DNA of 64,000 nucleotides from Catajapyx aquilonaris (lineage: Eukaryota): positions 1-64,000 of the forward strand of contig JYFJ02001400.1 in the NCBI GenBank assembly GCA_000934665.2, given 5' to 3'. A program made the position numbers and the translations under genes. Shown one piece after another: positions 13,570-27,234 of this stretch; positions within the stretch are counted from its first letter, which is position 1, and every line of letters begins with the position of its first letter. The notes below the pieces were generated by a model. That model saw only the letters and a program-made list of their open reading frames with translations, did no database searches and was not told where the DNA came from.

Positions 13570-15586
13570 ATGAAGCCGAAGTACCGTCCAGGCAGCTCTG
13601 ACAGCAGCAGCAGTGGCAGCTACACGCTGGTTCCCAGAAGGATTCCTCCGCAGAACATAGTCTTGAGGCTCCGAAGACGTGAGACCCTTGGCTGCCATCG
13701 GCCTGGAACGCATTTCCACACAACGCGATCATACCACCAGAATGTGTTTCCCAACTTCACCGTGGTCAACGTGGAGAAGCCTCCCTGCTTCCTCCGCAAG
13801 TTTAGTCCAGACGGGCAGAGGTTCATTGCATTTTCGGCCGATCAGACTTCGCTCGAGATCTACGACTACCTGGGACCTGCTGCCGCTGCAGATCTGCTGC
13901 AGGTATGAGACTTCTGTAATTGGAATGAACAAGGACGTTGGATGGGTAATTATGCTTGTCGTACCAAATTTCCAGGGATGTCGTGGTGACCACCTGGGCA
14001 TGGAGGAAGCTGGGATTGGAGTGCGGAGCCGTGTGTTCCGCCGCTTCTTCCGACTGAGCCACACGGTGAGTGTGGCCCCGTCCGGCGAGCAGCTGAATCG
14101 TGAATGCAGCCTCTTTACTGACGATGGCCGCTACGTGATAGTCGGATCTGCTACATACATCCCTGAAGACATGCACCCAAACTTTTATGATATTTATCGC
14201 AACAACGAGTCGGTCACTCCGAACCCCAGGGCACCACTGGAGGACTACTCCCTCCACTTGGTGGACATGGCGTCAGGTCGTCTGTGTGACACCAGGAAGT
14301 TCTTGGTTGACAAGATCTTCTTATCGCACAACCAGGGGCTGTACCTGTACAGGAACACCTTAGCAGTTCTCTCGGTCCAGCACCAAACAATTCACATATT
14401 TCAGGTGCGTGTTGGTCTACATGTAACGCAGAATGGTACTAATGTGAGCTCAATTCCAGGTGAGGCGCGGCCACTTCCTGGATGTCCGCTCAATTGGCCG
14501 CTTCTGCCATGAAGATGACGAGTTCCTGGTGGCCAATTCTCTCCCTCCAACTCCTTTGTCGTCTTCGGCCCAACCCCTCAGGCCTTTCCAAGAGGCGACC
14601 ATCAACTCTTTAAAACACCGCCTGCTAGTGTTTCTCTTCAATCGGGCTCATCAGTCAAGCTCGCTCTATGAGTTGCGCCGCTTTTTCCAGTATTTTGACC
14701 AGCTTCGGAATCTGAGGATGTGGAAGATGCAGCTTCTGGATGAAAGCCATTTGTTGATAAAGTATGCCGGTGAAGACGTGGTCACGCTTAAGTGTTCCGA
14801 ACCCAACTCACAGCCATCGTTCTTCGTGGTATACAATGTGACTGCAGCGCAAGTACTTGCCGTTTATGAGAACACATCCGAGGAACTCTTGCGGCTTTTC
14901 GAAGACTTCTGTGACTTGTTCCGCAACGCTCGGCTTCACTCGGAGTCCCAGTTCACCTGCTCTCCCTCCAATAACATCCACGCTCGTTTACTGCAGCAGA
15001 GATTCAAGCAGACCATCATAAGTGCCAAGTTTGGTGGTCCCACCGAGGCGATCAAGAGGCTGCTGGCTCAGCTTCCGATCAGTGCACAGTCATACAGCAG
15101 CTCTCCATATCTGGATCTCTCCCTGTTCAGCTACGACGACAAGTGGGTCTCAGTCATGGAAAGGCCCAAAGCTTGCGGAGAGCATCCAATACGGTTAGTA
15201 TCTCGGTTTCAGATTCTGCTGCATGTAGATTCAATTGGCAGACAATTTGTCGTCTCGTCCTGAATGTTGAGATGTCAATTTCTCTGCGCCTGCAAAATAG
15301 TTGTGATTTTTGCACGAGATCCTGCCAAAGAAATGCTTGTTGCCCCAAAGGTGAAGTACATCCTATGAAACCGCAATTTTCTCTTTGTTCTTCCAGCTTT
15401 TATGCACGTGACTCGGGTCTCCTGAAGTTCAAGATCTACGCTGGAGTCCTTGGCCGCAGTGCTCCTCCTGCCGCTCGTCGTCTGGTTGCTTTCACCTTCC
15501 ACCCAACAGACCCGTTTGCCATCAGTGTGCAGAGGACAAATTCGGAGTATGTTGTCAATTTCCACATACGGCATACGCTCAGCTAA
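13570..15586 (+). CDS. DET1: DET1 (de-etiolated 1) homolog, CRL4/COP1 partner; 4 coding exons
   Basis: Exons 13570-13902, 13976-14404, 14460-15193 and 15397-15586, plus a 5'UTR intron at 13360-13525. Hallmark peptides [59 protein letters not shown] and [21 protein letters not shown] at 15616. Confidence 0.95.
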
Positions 15587-16534
15587 CACATCACGGTCAA
15601 TCATGTTCACCAAACAATAAAAAACCAAATAAGTTTCTTATGTACACACATGTATTTTTCTCTCTCTTTTTTTTTCCTCTTCCTCTTCTTGTGAAACTCA
15701 ACTGGTTTCCAATCTAAATTATATCCACGATTTCATTAGGGAAGGAATGTACGCCTCACATATGCAAAAATTGACAACCACTTGTTGGAGGGGGGCCAGT
15801 TAACACCACTAATAATAATAGTTAAACTTTGGGTCATCTTTCACCTCGGCAAGGGTCATATCCACAACGAAACGATGTAAAAATGGGAAACAAAAACTGC
15901 ACTATATAAATTAACCTCCCTCAATTCACAAATCGCAAGAGAGACGATATTATATTACACTTGTTAACTAGTCCCTTGGAAATAACAGTGAGGTGCAAAA
16001 GGAAACAATCAACTCGCTTGAAAGGAAAATAAAAGCAGACCGCATCATCTGAAACACAAAATTTCCTCTTCGTCTGGAAGTTTCAAGTCCTTGACGTCAG
16101 TTCCTATTAAATCTTGGGACACACACCAACGTGAGCAATGCTTTCAAAAACCAATAAATGGTGCTTAATTATATAATCTTTTTTTCGAGAGTGACTTTGC
16201 TTACACTGGATAATTGGGGATTGGGAGGGGTCAACAGTTCAATAATAATAATTGTGAGCCCTAGCGGATGGTTTCCTAAAAAAAATTCTCCCCCCTGACT
16301 ACAAAAATTAAATTCATTGAATACTCAGCATCAGGTCAAATAACGGGGGTCAATTTTTATCACCTTTAAACACCATTTTCCCCACACGCACACACACACA
16401 TCTTCTTTGCCCATTCAAGAATTCCCGGCAAATTTTGTGGATATGAACAAAAAAGAGGCAATGGAAAAGAAAAACAGTGTATAAAGCATTGGGAGCCAGG
16501 GAGGGCGGATAAAAGCCAACAATGGGAATTACTT

Positions 16535-19500
16535 TCAGTCAAATTCCATGCCCATATATGTCGTTCCATAACTACTCGAACCGGACCCAGATGTGGATGA
16601 GACTGAGGTGGAGTTGCCTCCACTGCTGCTAGACGTTGATGAGGATGAGGAAGATGAAGATGACGACGACGAAGTGGAGGATGAGTCTGAGCTGGTCTGG
16701 ATACTCCCGCGACTGAAAATTAGATGTTCACATTTCACTCGAGTGTACGACTGAGAATCATCTTGTGACTAAATGGTGCAACATGTTTAGATGAAGCCAG
16801 TCACACCTCAATCCACCAATCATTTGGCTACGAAACTCACTCGAGGAGGTGGCTCCCTTTGTCATCCATATCCTCGCCATTGAGGCTCTTGCGGCAGATG
16901 GGGCATGTGGCATGCTGCGGAAAGAGGAACAATCAGCACCAGTTGGAAAGATCGACGCATTCTACGACTCACCAGTTCTAGCCATGGCACGATACAGCCT
17001 TCATGGTACACATGCTCACAGACAAGCTTTCTAACACTTTCACCAGCCTTGAAATCCTCCCAGCACACTGAGCACTGCATGTTTGCCGCTGAAAATGAAA
17101 ACAAGTGCGTGTCAGGCATACCGCTGTCACCGAACCAGTATCTTCCTGCTTACCGGCCTGTTCCTGGGTGATGGCCACAGTGGGTATCTGCGTGATCTTC
17201 TCCTTGGCTAGCGGGGGAGGACCAGCCCCGTCCATCTGGTTTAGCAGCTGAGTGATTATGGCATCAAAACCTTCCCTTCCCCATGCATAGTCATCCACAT
17301 TACCAAAGAACAGCCTGGGAAGAGAAGAGGAAATTCAATGCCAATTAACTTCTTTTCAAAACTACAAACTATTTCTATATTATATAATTCCAGTTTTCAC
17401 AACATAACATGTTAAAACTGCAGGTACAAATAAGGGAAACAATTTGTAAAGGCAGCTGGATCACTTCAACAATAACTATCCACTACAGCTGTAGAGTTGC
17501 CTTACTTGACGGCATCTAAGACACTTTCCTCCCCCCAAAAATTGCTCAGAAAATCGTCCCACGTCTTATATGCGAACAAACAATAAAAGCCTTCTTCCTG
17601 AATGTCCGGGTCCGTCTTATATGCCGTCACATATGGTAATTATTGATAACTTGCTCACAAATATGAGTAAAAAGTAACACTCACAGCTGAGCGATGTTGC
17701 CGTCGATAGGCACAATACCCAATTCTGTGAGGCTCCTCCTGAGGTCGTCATTTGACTCGGCTCCTCCGCCTGCGGGGCCGAAGAGAGGGCGCCGCCTGGT
17801 GCCTCCCCCTCTACCCCTCATCATGTGTGTCCTCACCCCAGCCATGTCGTACAGAAGCTGTTCAAGGAGAGTGCGGGGGTCCGTCAGGTCCAGCTCGGAT
17901 GGCCGGCGGCGAGGTGGGGCAGCCTGGTGGTGGTGATGGTGGTGATGGTGCGGGAGGGACGAGGAAGAGGCTGAGACGGAGGAAGGTAGGGAAGAGGAGG
18001 CCCCCACCACATTGTGAGACGGGCTAATCAGCTCCGCAAATGGGTTTGCCGGGGAAGGGGCCGACTGCAGCTCCTCTATGAATCCGCAGAAGCATTTCGG
18101 GCATTTGAAGTCCTGGAATGGTCAGAATACATCATGTGAGTGTGACGTTTCAAAGTGTATGAAAATCACTGAACAACCTTGAGAAAGCCCAGCATTTAGC
18201 TGCGTGACCTATCATTGAATTCTCAGAATCTGGTCAAGCACCTATGCATCTCATAACCCTTGCAGTCAGGCAAGAGAAGTACCTAGTACAATGCGCTTCT
18301 TGAATATAAAATTCCAATTAGCTACTATTCAACAATGTGCAGCAGGGAAATCTCACGGGAATGCAATCTGTTCAAAGAATGACAACACTGCAAAGAAGGT
18401 ATTGTTTCTCCACATGATGATAGGAATGAATGCCCATTCATCAGATCAGGAATTCTTCACACATATGCAGCAATGCTGCTAATCAAAAAGTAGTACTTTC
18501 GCAAAATCTGCAAGGCATATAGAAAGCAAAAAAAGAGAGGGATCTACCTCCAGTGAAGTGACCCACTAAAGCCTATCAATAATAGTCTATATTCAGTATC
18601 TTGCAGACCATCTGGTACACTAATTGACAAAGTAACAACCATTTCATGTCAGATATTGCTGCTGGTGACAGGTTGTACAAATACGATGTTGAACCAGCAA
18701 TAATGTTCTCAGTACGCATGCGTGCATAGCATGTCCTGTGACCACTGATCAGGCACAACATCTGATAATGCTATCAGACAACTCTGATCCTGAAATGTCA
18801 GCTTGTAGAATGATATGCCATGTCCTGGCTACCAGAACAATAATGTAGGAGTCATTATTCTGTAAAACATTTATATAATAATTCACTATGTTCACAATAC
18901 CCAATATGCTCTTCAGTGCATTCTAGAAAAATACTATAAAAATACATTGAGAATATTACAGGTGGACATGAATAAACAGGGGGCTGCACAGTTTCCTGGA
19001 GTAAGTGCAACAAAATCTATTGCTTTTGAAGGATTATCAACATTTGCTCTAGAGCACAACAAGGTTGACCAAGCACTCTGCAGTTCAAAGTTGTTATGCA
19101 CAGAGTTGACCTTCATAATTGTGTTTGATTAAAATTTAATTTACAAAATGCATTTTCTCTGCTGTGTAATGTTTATTTATCATTACTACGTGAAATGTAC
19201 ATTATGCAATATCATAAACTATGCAGCTGCACCCCTGCATGACAAATCAGAGCTAGGCTCAGCGGGGAATTCCCTTGTGATGCCATTCTTCAGGCACTTT
19301 TTTTCGCCCTCTATTCATAATTTACATAGAACACTACACAAGATAAGAACCTTCTGTAGTAAATATAATGTCCCAAACTGAACCAATTATATTAAATATG
19401 GGCCGAATTCAGGTGTTGTCACATTCAAAAGTGGAGCATGCTTAGAATCTTCCAGAAATATTGTGTTGACTTGGCTCTCATAATTAACATGGGTATGTTG

Positions 19501-20975
19501 ATGTAAAATGTAATAAATGCAAAGTTGAGATTTATGCATGCCAAGTAATATTGACCTGGCTACCACAGAGAAATCAAAAGTCCGAAAAAAATTGTTAACA
19601 GCCCCTTAGAAATGGTAATGTCAAACCATTAACATCCTTTCAAAAAAAAATTTTTTAAATACAAATACGTGCATTCCCAGTCTGTATTGATGAGAGAAAC
19701 TGTACATTTTAGTAAGGTACTTGCATCAGATATAATGCCTTCTAAAGTAATAAACGCACAAATTCATGTGGGTCCTGCATTTGGCATCTTCCTCAAATAT
19801 CACCGAGGTGTCACCCGTACGACCCTAAACCCTGCCATTACTTATAAATACTACTTCCTACCCCAAATAATGATATTTCATAAGTAAAAAAGTCACCCAT
19901 ATGCTGAACATGTGACATTTGCTCTTAGGCAGATAACAATTCACAGTAAACACATGCTCATGACAATCGTGACACATCCTGGTTGCTTATTTCCAGGTGT
20001 GAAGCAGCCCCCGTTATTATCAATACATCTAGTCCTCACTTTATAGCCCTCCTTGGCATGAAACTCGCACATGCAACATGTAGCAAGCTCAAGCACCTCT
20101 AGCCCAGCTCATTTAAGCCGCGTTTACATGCGAGTGTTTTGATCAGCGATGTTGCAGCAATGACATCCCTGAGCGAAAGTAACTATATTTTTGCTCCAAA
20201 CAGTCTCATCGCTGCAACCTCACATGTGATGCTAAGGTGCGTTTACATGCGAGTGATCTGATTGCGCGAGGTCATCGCCAGTGGTCACATCGCTGCGTAA
20301 CCAAAATTGAAGCGAAAATCGATCGTTACTTTCAGCTCAAACAATGAGATGACATGGCGTGATCAAATCGCTCACATGTAAACGCACCTTCAGACTCCAG
20401 GCAGTTTAGACTGCGGTCATGTCTTAAATTGGGCGCACATGACGAACACACTGTTCTAACCTGTCCCAATGCACTTGAATGTGTGTTTGGTTGGTAGGAA
20501 TCACTATGGACGGTCGAAGGAAGTGCGTAACATTCCAATATGGCTGCAAGAGAAGTACTGGTTATATGCGGGCATCTATGGATGGTTCCGTTAACTGTTG
20601 ACGTTACAAGCCACCAACGAAACGGACCGCTACTTGAAGCAGATGTTCCTTTACTGTTAACCGGTTAACAGCTGCAACAAACCCACTGCCACATCATTTG
20701 AACAGAAGGTATAGGACACACGACGCATTTTTATTTTTTTTTTGGTCACCACTGCAGAAAATCGGTTACTAGGCTGCACTTTTTTTCTCTCTCTCTTCCT
20801 TTTCTCTCTCTATCTCTCCCTTCCCTTCCCCCTTTTCCCCCCTACCAGTCCCCCCTTTCCCCCNCTCCCTCTCGTTGAACCTCATACTCACGGGCAGGGC
20901 TTGTCCAATGTCCGCGTTGCACTTGTGGCAGAAGAATCTGGACACCTGCGGCCCTTCCACTGCGGCTTCGGCCAT
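16535..20975 (-). CDS. RNF126: RING-H2 E3 ubiquitin ligase of the RNF115/RNF126 family (Iruka-like), 6 exons
   Basis: Exons 20975-20892, 18112-17685, 17314-17154, 17088-16973, 16914-16841 and 16712-16535. N-terminal Zn ribbon RFFCHKC...CPKCFCGFIEEL; DYAWGREGFDAIITQLLNQMDGAGPPP; RING-H2 CSVCWEDF...[24 protein letters not shown]; Ser-rich tail. Confidence 0.93.
17500..17638. mobile_element. Short CCGTA-type (pogo/Tc2-like) MITE remnant in an RNF126 intron
   Basis: ccttacttgacggcatctaagac and gtcttatatgccgtcacatatggta form imperfect TIRs. Confidence 0.5.
20116..20390. mobile_element. PIF/Harbinger-like MITE(s): a truncated copy plus an adjacent or nested copy at 20235-20389
   Basis: TIR aggtgcgtttacatgcgagtgat pairs with atcgctcacatgtaaacgcacct. 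A second left end agccgcgtttacatgcgag lies at 20116. Same family as 25961-26079. Confidence 0.6.
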
Positions 20976-22486
20976 CTCTCTCTCCGGATGAATAATGATG
21001 AATGGTGGCCCTTGATGTGCGAGGTTCGCTTCGTCGTTCTCTTCTCCTCCTCCTCGGCCTTCTTCTCTTCCAAGAGAGGCCAAAGTCAGTTCGGATGGAC
21101 GGCGCCAGGAGGCAGCACCATCGGATCCACTCCCCTCGGGAGGGGTTGGAAATAAGGAAGATGGGGATCGATCGAAATCGCTTTTTTTGCCTAATTTTAA
21201 TGTGCGGATCTTATGGCCGGGCGTGTAGGGAGGTGGTATTGTACTAATTCTGCAATATCCTTTTTTATATAAATCGAGCCAATTGAAGCTCGAGCAATAA
21301 TTTCGGTGTTTTGCTTGGGTGGCATAGATACCGCATGTTGTGACGTCATATTGCGTCGTAACTTATTTTGTCGCAACTTATCTCGTGGCACTCCCGTAAC
21401 TTATGGGAAAGAGGCGGGGCTTGCTGTTGACGTCACCACACTCTTCCACCAATAGGCGCTCACTTAAGTTGCGGCAAATAATTCATTTCCGATTAATGTA
21501 GGTGCTGCGGTGCCGAAAAGAGCGCAAATTAATTGCGCATATGTTCACACATGTGACGAACTTTTTCGAGACGCAAAAAAAAATACATACGTATTATGTT
21601 ATTTAATCATGTGGTGAAACATGTTTACTTCCCAAGTTCAATGTTGCGAACGGTTGCGAAAGTTTTAAAAGCAGTTACATGTCCCTCAGATCAAAAAAGC
21701 CGCCAAGTAAAAAAAAAGTCGTAAAATGAGCAATAACTGATACATTCTTGAAACTTTTTGCGTCCACATTTATGTTGCCGTGGCTCAGCTACACATATGC
21801 AAATGTGTTATTAATACCCAATGATATTAAAATATATTATGATGGACGGTTACACACCCCCAAAAATGGACTTAGCCGCTTTTGATCTAAGACCCCTCAT
21901 ATTTTTTGGTGCTCAAAGCAACCAATCAGGATCATGTGCGTTTGGCATGAATTCAGTTGTACCAGGTTGTACCTTACAGTTAAAACAAGTATGATGTATT
22001 GTAAATTACTTGTGACAGAGATTAAATTTTTTATCCTAGAATGCTAGACAAACATATTTATAAAAACCTATGTGCACTGTGGAAATTTTCAATAAAAATA
22101 TTTCAGATGCAACACACATCACTATTTCTCTCAATTGACTATAAGTTTCGCTTTGCTGATACTTCATAAAATTCCTGGCAACACAAAACATTATTCAGAT
22201 ATTCAAAATACACATAGTTGTGTAAACCTCTAAGGCGGAGGAAATAAAGATATATATCATTCAGATATTTTTTATAATAGCTAAATATGAAGTGCTGGAG
22301 GCCTGGAGTGGATACATTATACTCCAGGGAATGCCTTTGCATCAAAGCTCGCCATGAATGAAGTACAAGCATGCACCCAAAAGGAAATGTCTGGAACCAC
22401 CATATGTGATGTGTGCCACTAGTGCCAGTGTATGCTTTATCTGAGGTTTCCATATATCGGAGGATATAGTGAATATCAACTACACC

Positions 22487-22532
22487 ACTCCATACCAGTG
22501 TATAACTCCATACCAGTGTATAACTCCACACA
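22487..22532. repeat. 18-bp tandem repeat (actccataccagtgtata), about 2.5 copies
   Basis: Seen directly in the sequence. Confidence 0.8.
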
Positions 22533-23018
22533 GTTATATCATGCCCAGCAGAGTTCACTTCTTCCTTGTTATATCAATTTGCACTAGGTTACACCAAAAT
22601 TGTGGCACATGGTAAGAGCAACATATTTATTTCAAAATATTCTACACAACCACATGTGACAGAATTAAGCACACATCCATATCAACTGAGATGCCACATA
22701 TTCTAATAAGTCATGTTGGCCACCTAATTGAAATATAGGAGGTCTGTGACATCTCCACCAATACAAATATGAGCTCACTTATGTAATACATGGAGTTCAC
22801 CGGAACATGTCTGGGGTAAAATCTTTTCGTCTATTAGGGTCAGTCAGTTATTTGAAATGTAATGTAATGAACATGAGTACGAGATTAGTGTGTCAGTCAG
22901 GTATTTGCCACTCTAACATTAGTAATTATTATGGTAACACAAGTACAGTACTGCCTCCAAATATTTGCTATGAAAGGCAGAACTTAGAGATCTAATGAAG
23001 GGTACTGTGGGTGAACAC

Positions 23019-25096
23019 TTAAATAATTACGTCACACACTGCCAACTGCTTTCCAAGATCAGTATCCATAATCCTCGGCATGGCCTGCACCTGTGTTTGG
23101 GTCAACTGGACATGAGTCACCTTAACTTTCCAGTTATTATCACCACCAAGAGGGTCCCGAACAAGCCCAAAAAACTGTTCAAACATACCACAGCAAACAC
23201 GAGTCTGACGAGAATGAAGTGTCCCACAAGCCAAAACTGACACCATCCCGTGAGGTTCCATCCTCCCTTTAATGCCATCGGCACAGCAGTTTGGATTAAA
23301 CCACAGTCCATGGGTATCTCTCAGACCCAACAAAGTGCTGAAAGTCTGGACATTGTCCGAGTGGACCTCATCCACTTGAATTCCATCAGGAGATCGGAGG
23401 CACACCTTCAGGGAGCAGTCAGACCAAAGGTGGTCAGGTCTAAAATCAACTCCTGGTTCTCCATACCGGTTCCAATTGTCATAAAACCACCTGCAGAATT
23501 CGATGGCCATTTCTTGTGCTTCCGGGCTGCTGCTAGTTGGAATCTGGACACTTGAGCTTTTATTTGCAGGAAATTGGACCTCTTGGGAATTGGATGAAGA
23601 AGTGTCTTCAAAGTCCTGAAAAGTGGCAAGTCATAATTTCTAGGTTGTATGATGATTCCAGGCTGAGTCCACCATAACCATATTTATTGTTTTACCCAAT
23701 TCTCAAACCATCAGCTTGCTTAGGGATCATTTTCGAAGTAATGATTGTTAGGCTCCCAAAATAAGGTTATAGCCTGTCAAAGATTGCATGCAGATTCAAC
23801 ATTAGCATTTATGAGGCACTCTAAGGTGGAGGCAAGGGTATACCTAGTAAGTTTTCTACATGCATGTGTGCTACACATTACAGATGAGGTGACAGGAGCC
23901 AGTGGAAATGAGCAGTTTCATTTTCAACAATACAGATGTGAGCCAAAGAAAGGTGTGCCATGTATCATGATGCCATGGGGGCAGCAAGTTACTGGGGCAA
24001 GAAGTCCAAGGTACCACTTCAAAAAGCAATTGTGACCCCACTGGGTTGCACTCCAAGGACTCCATCCCCTGGCTGCAAGCAACTGCAGAATTTCTAAGTT
24101 GCTGCTGTCTAACCATGCATTTCCCACCCCACTCACATGCTTCAGAATTTGCAAAACACTCTTTAGTAAGAAACTGAGAGAAAATGGCTAAATTAAATAC
24201 GAAACATACAATAGGCATCTCCCAGTCTTTAGAATTCCAGTATTTCAGCAGCGCCTTGGACATCTTCTCCTTGTCATCCGAAGCTTTGGCAGACACCCCT
24301 CTTTTAATAAGATAGCTGAAAATGATATCCTTCTTTAACCTCTTGCGCCTCAAGAACGTCGATGGACGATCAGTGCACTTGATTATCAGGTCCACCGCCT
24401 CTGCAATGACAAGATTTAGGTTAAAAACAGTGTTCCCATAGTACTTCATACAAGTGTGCTCATAAACTACAACAATGGTGGCTCATTCGCAGGATCTGCA
24501 ATGTGGAAGGACAGGCATTGATCCCATTCGGAATTGTCCCTGCCCATGTGCGCCGCCTGGTGGCAGCATTTCTGTATATACAGTTTGTGCGAGGCTGCTT
24601 GATCTCGCACTAGCTTCTTCTTCTCTCCCGCTTGGCTGTAACCTCAGAGCAATAGCCATGTTGTTGCCCCCAGTCTGGAGTTTCACTTACTGAACCCATT
24701 AGCTAGCCTGCTTATTGTGAGTCCCAGAGGTCGGGACCTGACAATTGATACAAGATCCAAGTGAAAAATATTAACAAAAAAGTGTTTCCATCGGTTTCCC
24801 TAGTACTGTCGGTTAATCTTATCAGACCAGCCTATGGGAGTGCGAGTTATTGCATCAAGGCTCTGGTAAGATATTCCTGACATGAAAGTGTGTCCATAAA
24901 CTACAATAATAGTGTCTCCTTCACATGGCCATCTCCATTAGACGAGCAACAAACATGAAGGTCATCCCACCAAACCTTTGGCATATTCTGGCACAATCAT
25001 CCTGTTGGTGGCAGTCTTCGCAATGCTGAAGAGATCATCCTCAGCCACCATGGACAGCAAGTCCCTGACGCCCGCCTCCTCCGCCTCGCTCAACAT
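23019..25096 (-). CDS. C3orf38: C3orf38 homolog (uncharacterised conserved protein), 3 exons
   Basis: Exons 25096-24976, 24400-24210 and 23615-23019 are phase-compatible. MLSEAEEAGVRDLL..IAKTATNRMIVP, FLRRKRLKKDIIFSYL, EFCRWFY, EPHGMVSVLACGTLH and GMFEQFFGLVRDP..NNWKVK match the family as I recall it. Confidence 0.85.
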
Positions 25097-25099
25097 CTC

Positions 25100-25320
25100 T
25101 GCCCCACCCAACCCGGAAGCCCTACTGCGCCACAACAACGTCCTCCTTATGTTCGGCACCCCCTAATCATCCCCTTTCCCCTCCGCCATCTTGGTTCCTG
25201 CCCGCATTCGAACCGCTGTCTCCAGAAACCGTTCTGAAAATCGGACCCGTTCGAATCAACAGGCAGGATTCGAAAGGACGCTGGTGGCGGACCCTGTCGG
25301 AGGAAATCCGAAGCTGAATT
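25100..25320. promoter_or_regulatory. Bidirectional promoter C3orf38 / unknown gene
   Basis: CpG-rich short head-to-head spacer. YY1 motif ccgccatcttgg at 25183-25194; several TTCGAA cores. Confidence 0.55.
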
Positions 25321-25515
25321 AAGCGGGAAAAAAGCCCGTGGCGTCTGTTCCTCTCTTGTTGCTGTGAGGCCTAGTCGTCTGCCGGTTGATGCCGCATCGG
25401 TTCTGCTCAAGTAGAACGTTGCTGTGGCTTGGTCGCACGGGGTATGCCTAGTGGGGCAGGTACGGCACTCATTTTGTACATTGGGAAGGCGCTAAGGCAA
25501 CTAAGGACATCAGAT

Positions 25516-25565
25516 ACACTACGTTCCCGATTATCCGTGCATTCGGATAATCGGGAGTGCAATTA
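25516..25565. mobile_element. ~50-bp miniature of the pogo/Tigger-like family (TIRs only)
   Basis: ttcccgattatccg pairs with cggataatcgggag. The same TIR core occurs at 32953-33160 and 54226. Confidence 0.55.
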
Positions 25566-25604
25566 CATGTGAATTAATTAGCGGATTGTGCAATTTGCAG
25601 GTTT

Positions 25605-27234
25605 ATGATGGCAGTGCCTTTGGCTCGTGATGGTGGCTCGCCGGCTGAGCAGAAGAAGATGAAGAAGCCTGTGGCGACTCAGGAGGATAAGGTCCTGATT
25701 GAAGGACTGCTTCGGGATATGAAGAGCAATTGCAATCAGGTTGAGAGTGCAGCCTTGGGAGTAATTGCAGACCAGAAGCTGCCTGTGATGTATTACTTCA
25801 GGGATCTCGGAAGGGCTCAAATCATGCGAGCGCTGGTACGTTTCGTAGTTGATGCACATATCGTCTGAACAAATTCAGTCATTGCTTAGAAGGCTAATTA
25901 ATAAATAATTGTGACCCTTCCCAGTAGATAGTGAATTACTGAGAATAATGATATTGTCTTAAGCCGCATTGACATACGAGCGATTTATTAGCGATAAGAC
26001 CAATTGTGTGGGGGTGAAAATATGTCGTTACCACCATTGTTACTTTCGCTGATGAATTGCTCGCATGTAAACGTAGCTTAATGGTAAGTTTGGTTGCATC
26101 ATAATAATTTGTTGCTGTTTATTCCTCTGTACAGCACAATTTTGACGAAAGCGGAAATCTCCAGGAACGTCTCCTTCTTTTGAGTTTGTTGACGGATTAC
26201 TCACTCTGTGCCTTCTCTAATGGGGCCCTCTTCCCTGATTTTCCTGCAAAGGCGCAATCGGCTGTGGTTCGTCAACTGGAGAATCATTGGGTGAAGTGCT
26301 TCAGAAACTATCAGGTGAGTACGTTATAAGTGCATTCTCAATCATGATCACTGTGCAGAGATTGTTGGTATAGGAATGGCGAAGTTAAGAGTGCAATTCT
26401 GGTTCTCGAATGTTAACAGTTTTCCAATGGTTTAACTCTAATCTATGCAATAACTAAGTGGGTCATCTCACAATTAGTGCCATTGCCAGCTGTTCCTGCA
26501 GTTTGGAAGCACTATTTAGGAATGGCAGCACTAATTGTTAAATGTAATGAGTTGTGATGTAACCCTTGCATTGTACATAATATGCTGCAATAATTGTAAA
26601 TGTGAACATATTCACTGTTAGCAATACTTATGGAACAATTACTTGACAGGTATCCAGGTCAGGGATAACTCCAGACCAAGTGGCTGCGGCAGTGTCACTT
26701 ATTGAAAAGCTACTGAGCATCGTGGACGACCCCGAAGTTGAACGCAGGCTGAAGTCAATCGTCAACTTTGGACGTGCTGTCGAACTAAGTGAGCGGAAGA
26801 CCCAGCTGCTGAGGAGGAGCATGGAGATGGAGAACCGACCTGTGCTGAAAGAAACAAATCAGGTGCAAGAAACTCCCAAGAGCAACAGTTCGGAACCTGC
26901 AAGCAAGCAATCAGCTGACAAGCCCAAGATCAGTGTCTTGCCAATAACTGCTCTGCAGCCACCAACCAAGAGCGCGAGTTCAGCAGTGTCACACGATTCA
27001 TTTCCCAACAAGCGAGCATCTTCAGGAGTGTCTCCTGATGAAAAAGTGACGAATGCTTTCAACCTCACGATGCCTCCAACTAAGAAAGCGTGTTCAGGAG
27101 TTCGCGATTCGTTTCCCAATGAGCAATCTTTGGAAGCGGCCCGTGAAGCAAAAGTGCAGAACGCATTCATGCTCATGATGAACACCAGTCGTAACTTGGG
27201 GAAGAACTGGGCTCCTGTTCGAGTGAAGCACTAA
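25605..27234 (+). CDS. Uncharacterised ~331-aa protein: helical N-terminal half, low-complexity C-terminal half with an internal duplication; 3 coding exons
   Basis: Exons 25605-25835, 26135-26314 and 26650-27234 all join in phase 0 with canonical GT-AG sites. An upstream acceptor at 25600 indicates a 5'UTR intron. No family recognised. Confidence 0.8.
25961..26079. mobile_element. PIF/Harbinger-like MITE in an intron
   Basis: aagccgcattgacatacgagc pairs with gctcgcatgtaaacgtagctt, with TTA/TAA flanks. Related to 20116-20390. Confidence 0.55.
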
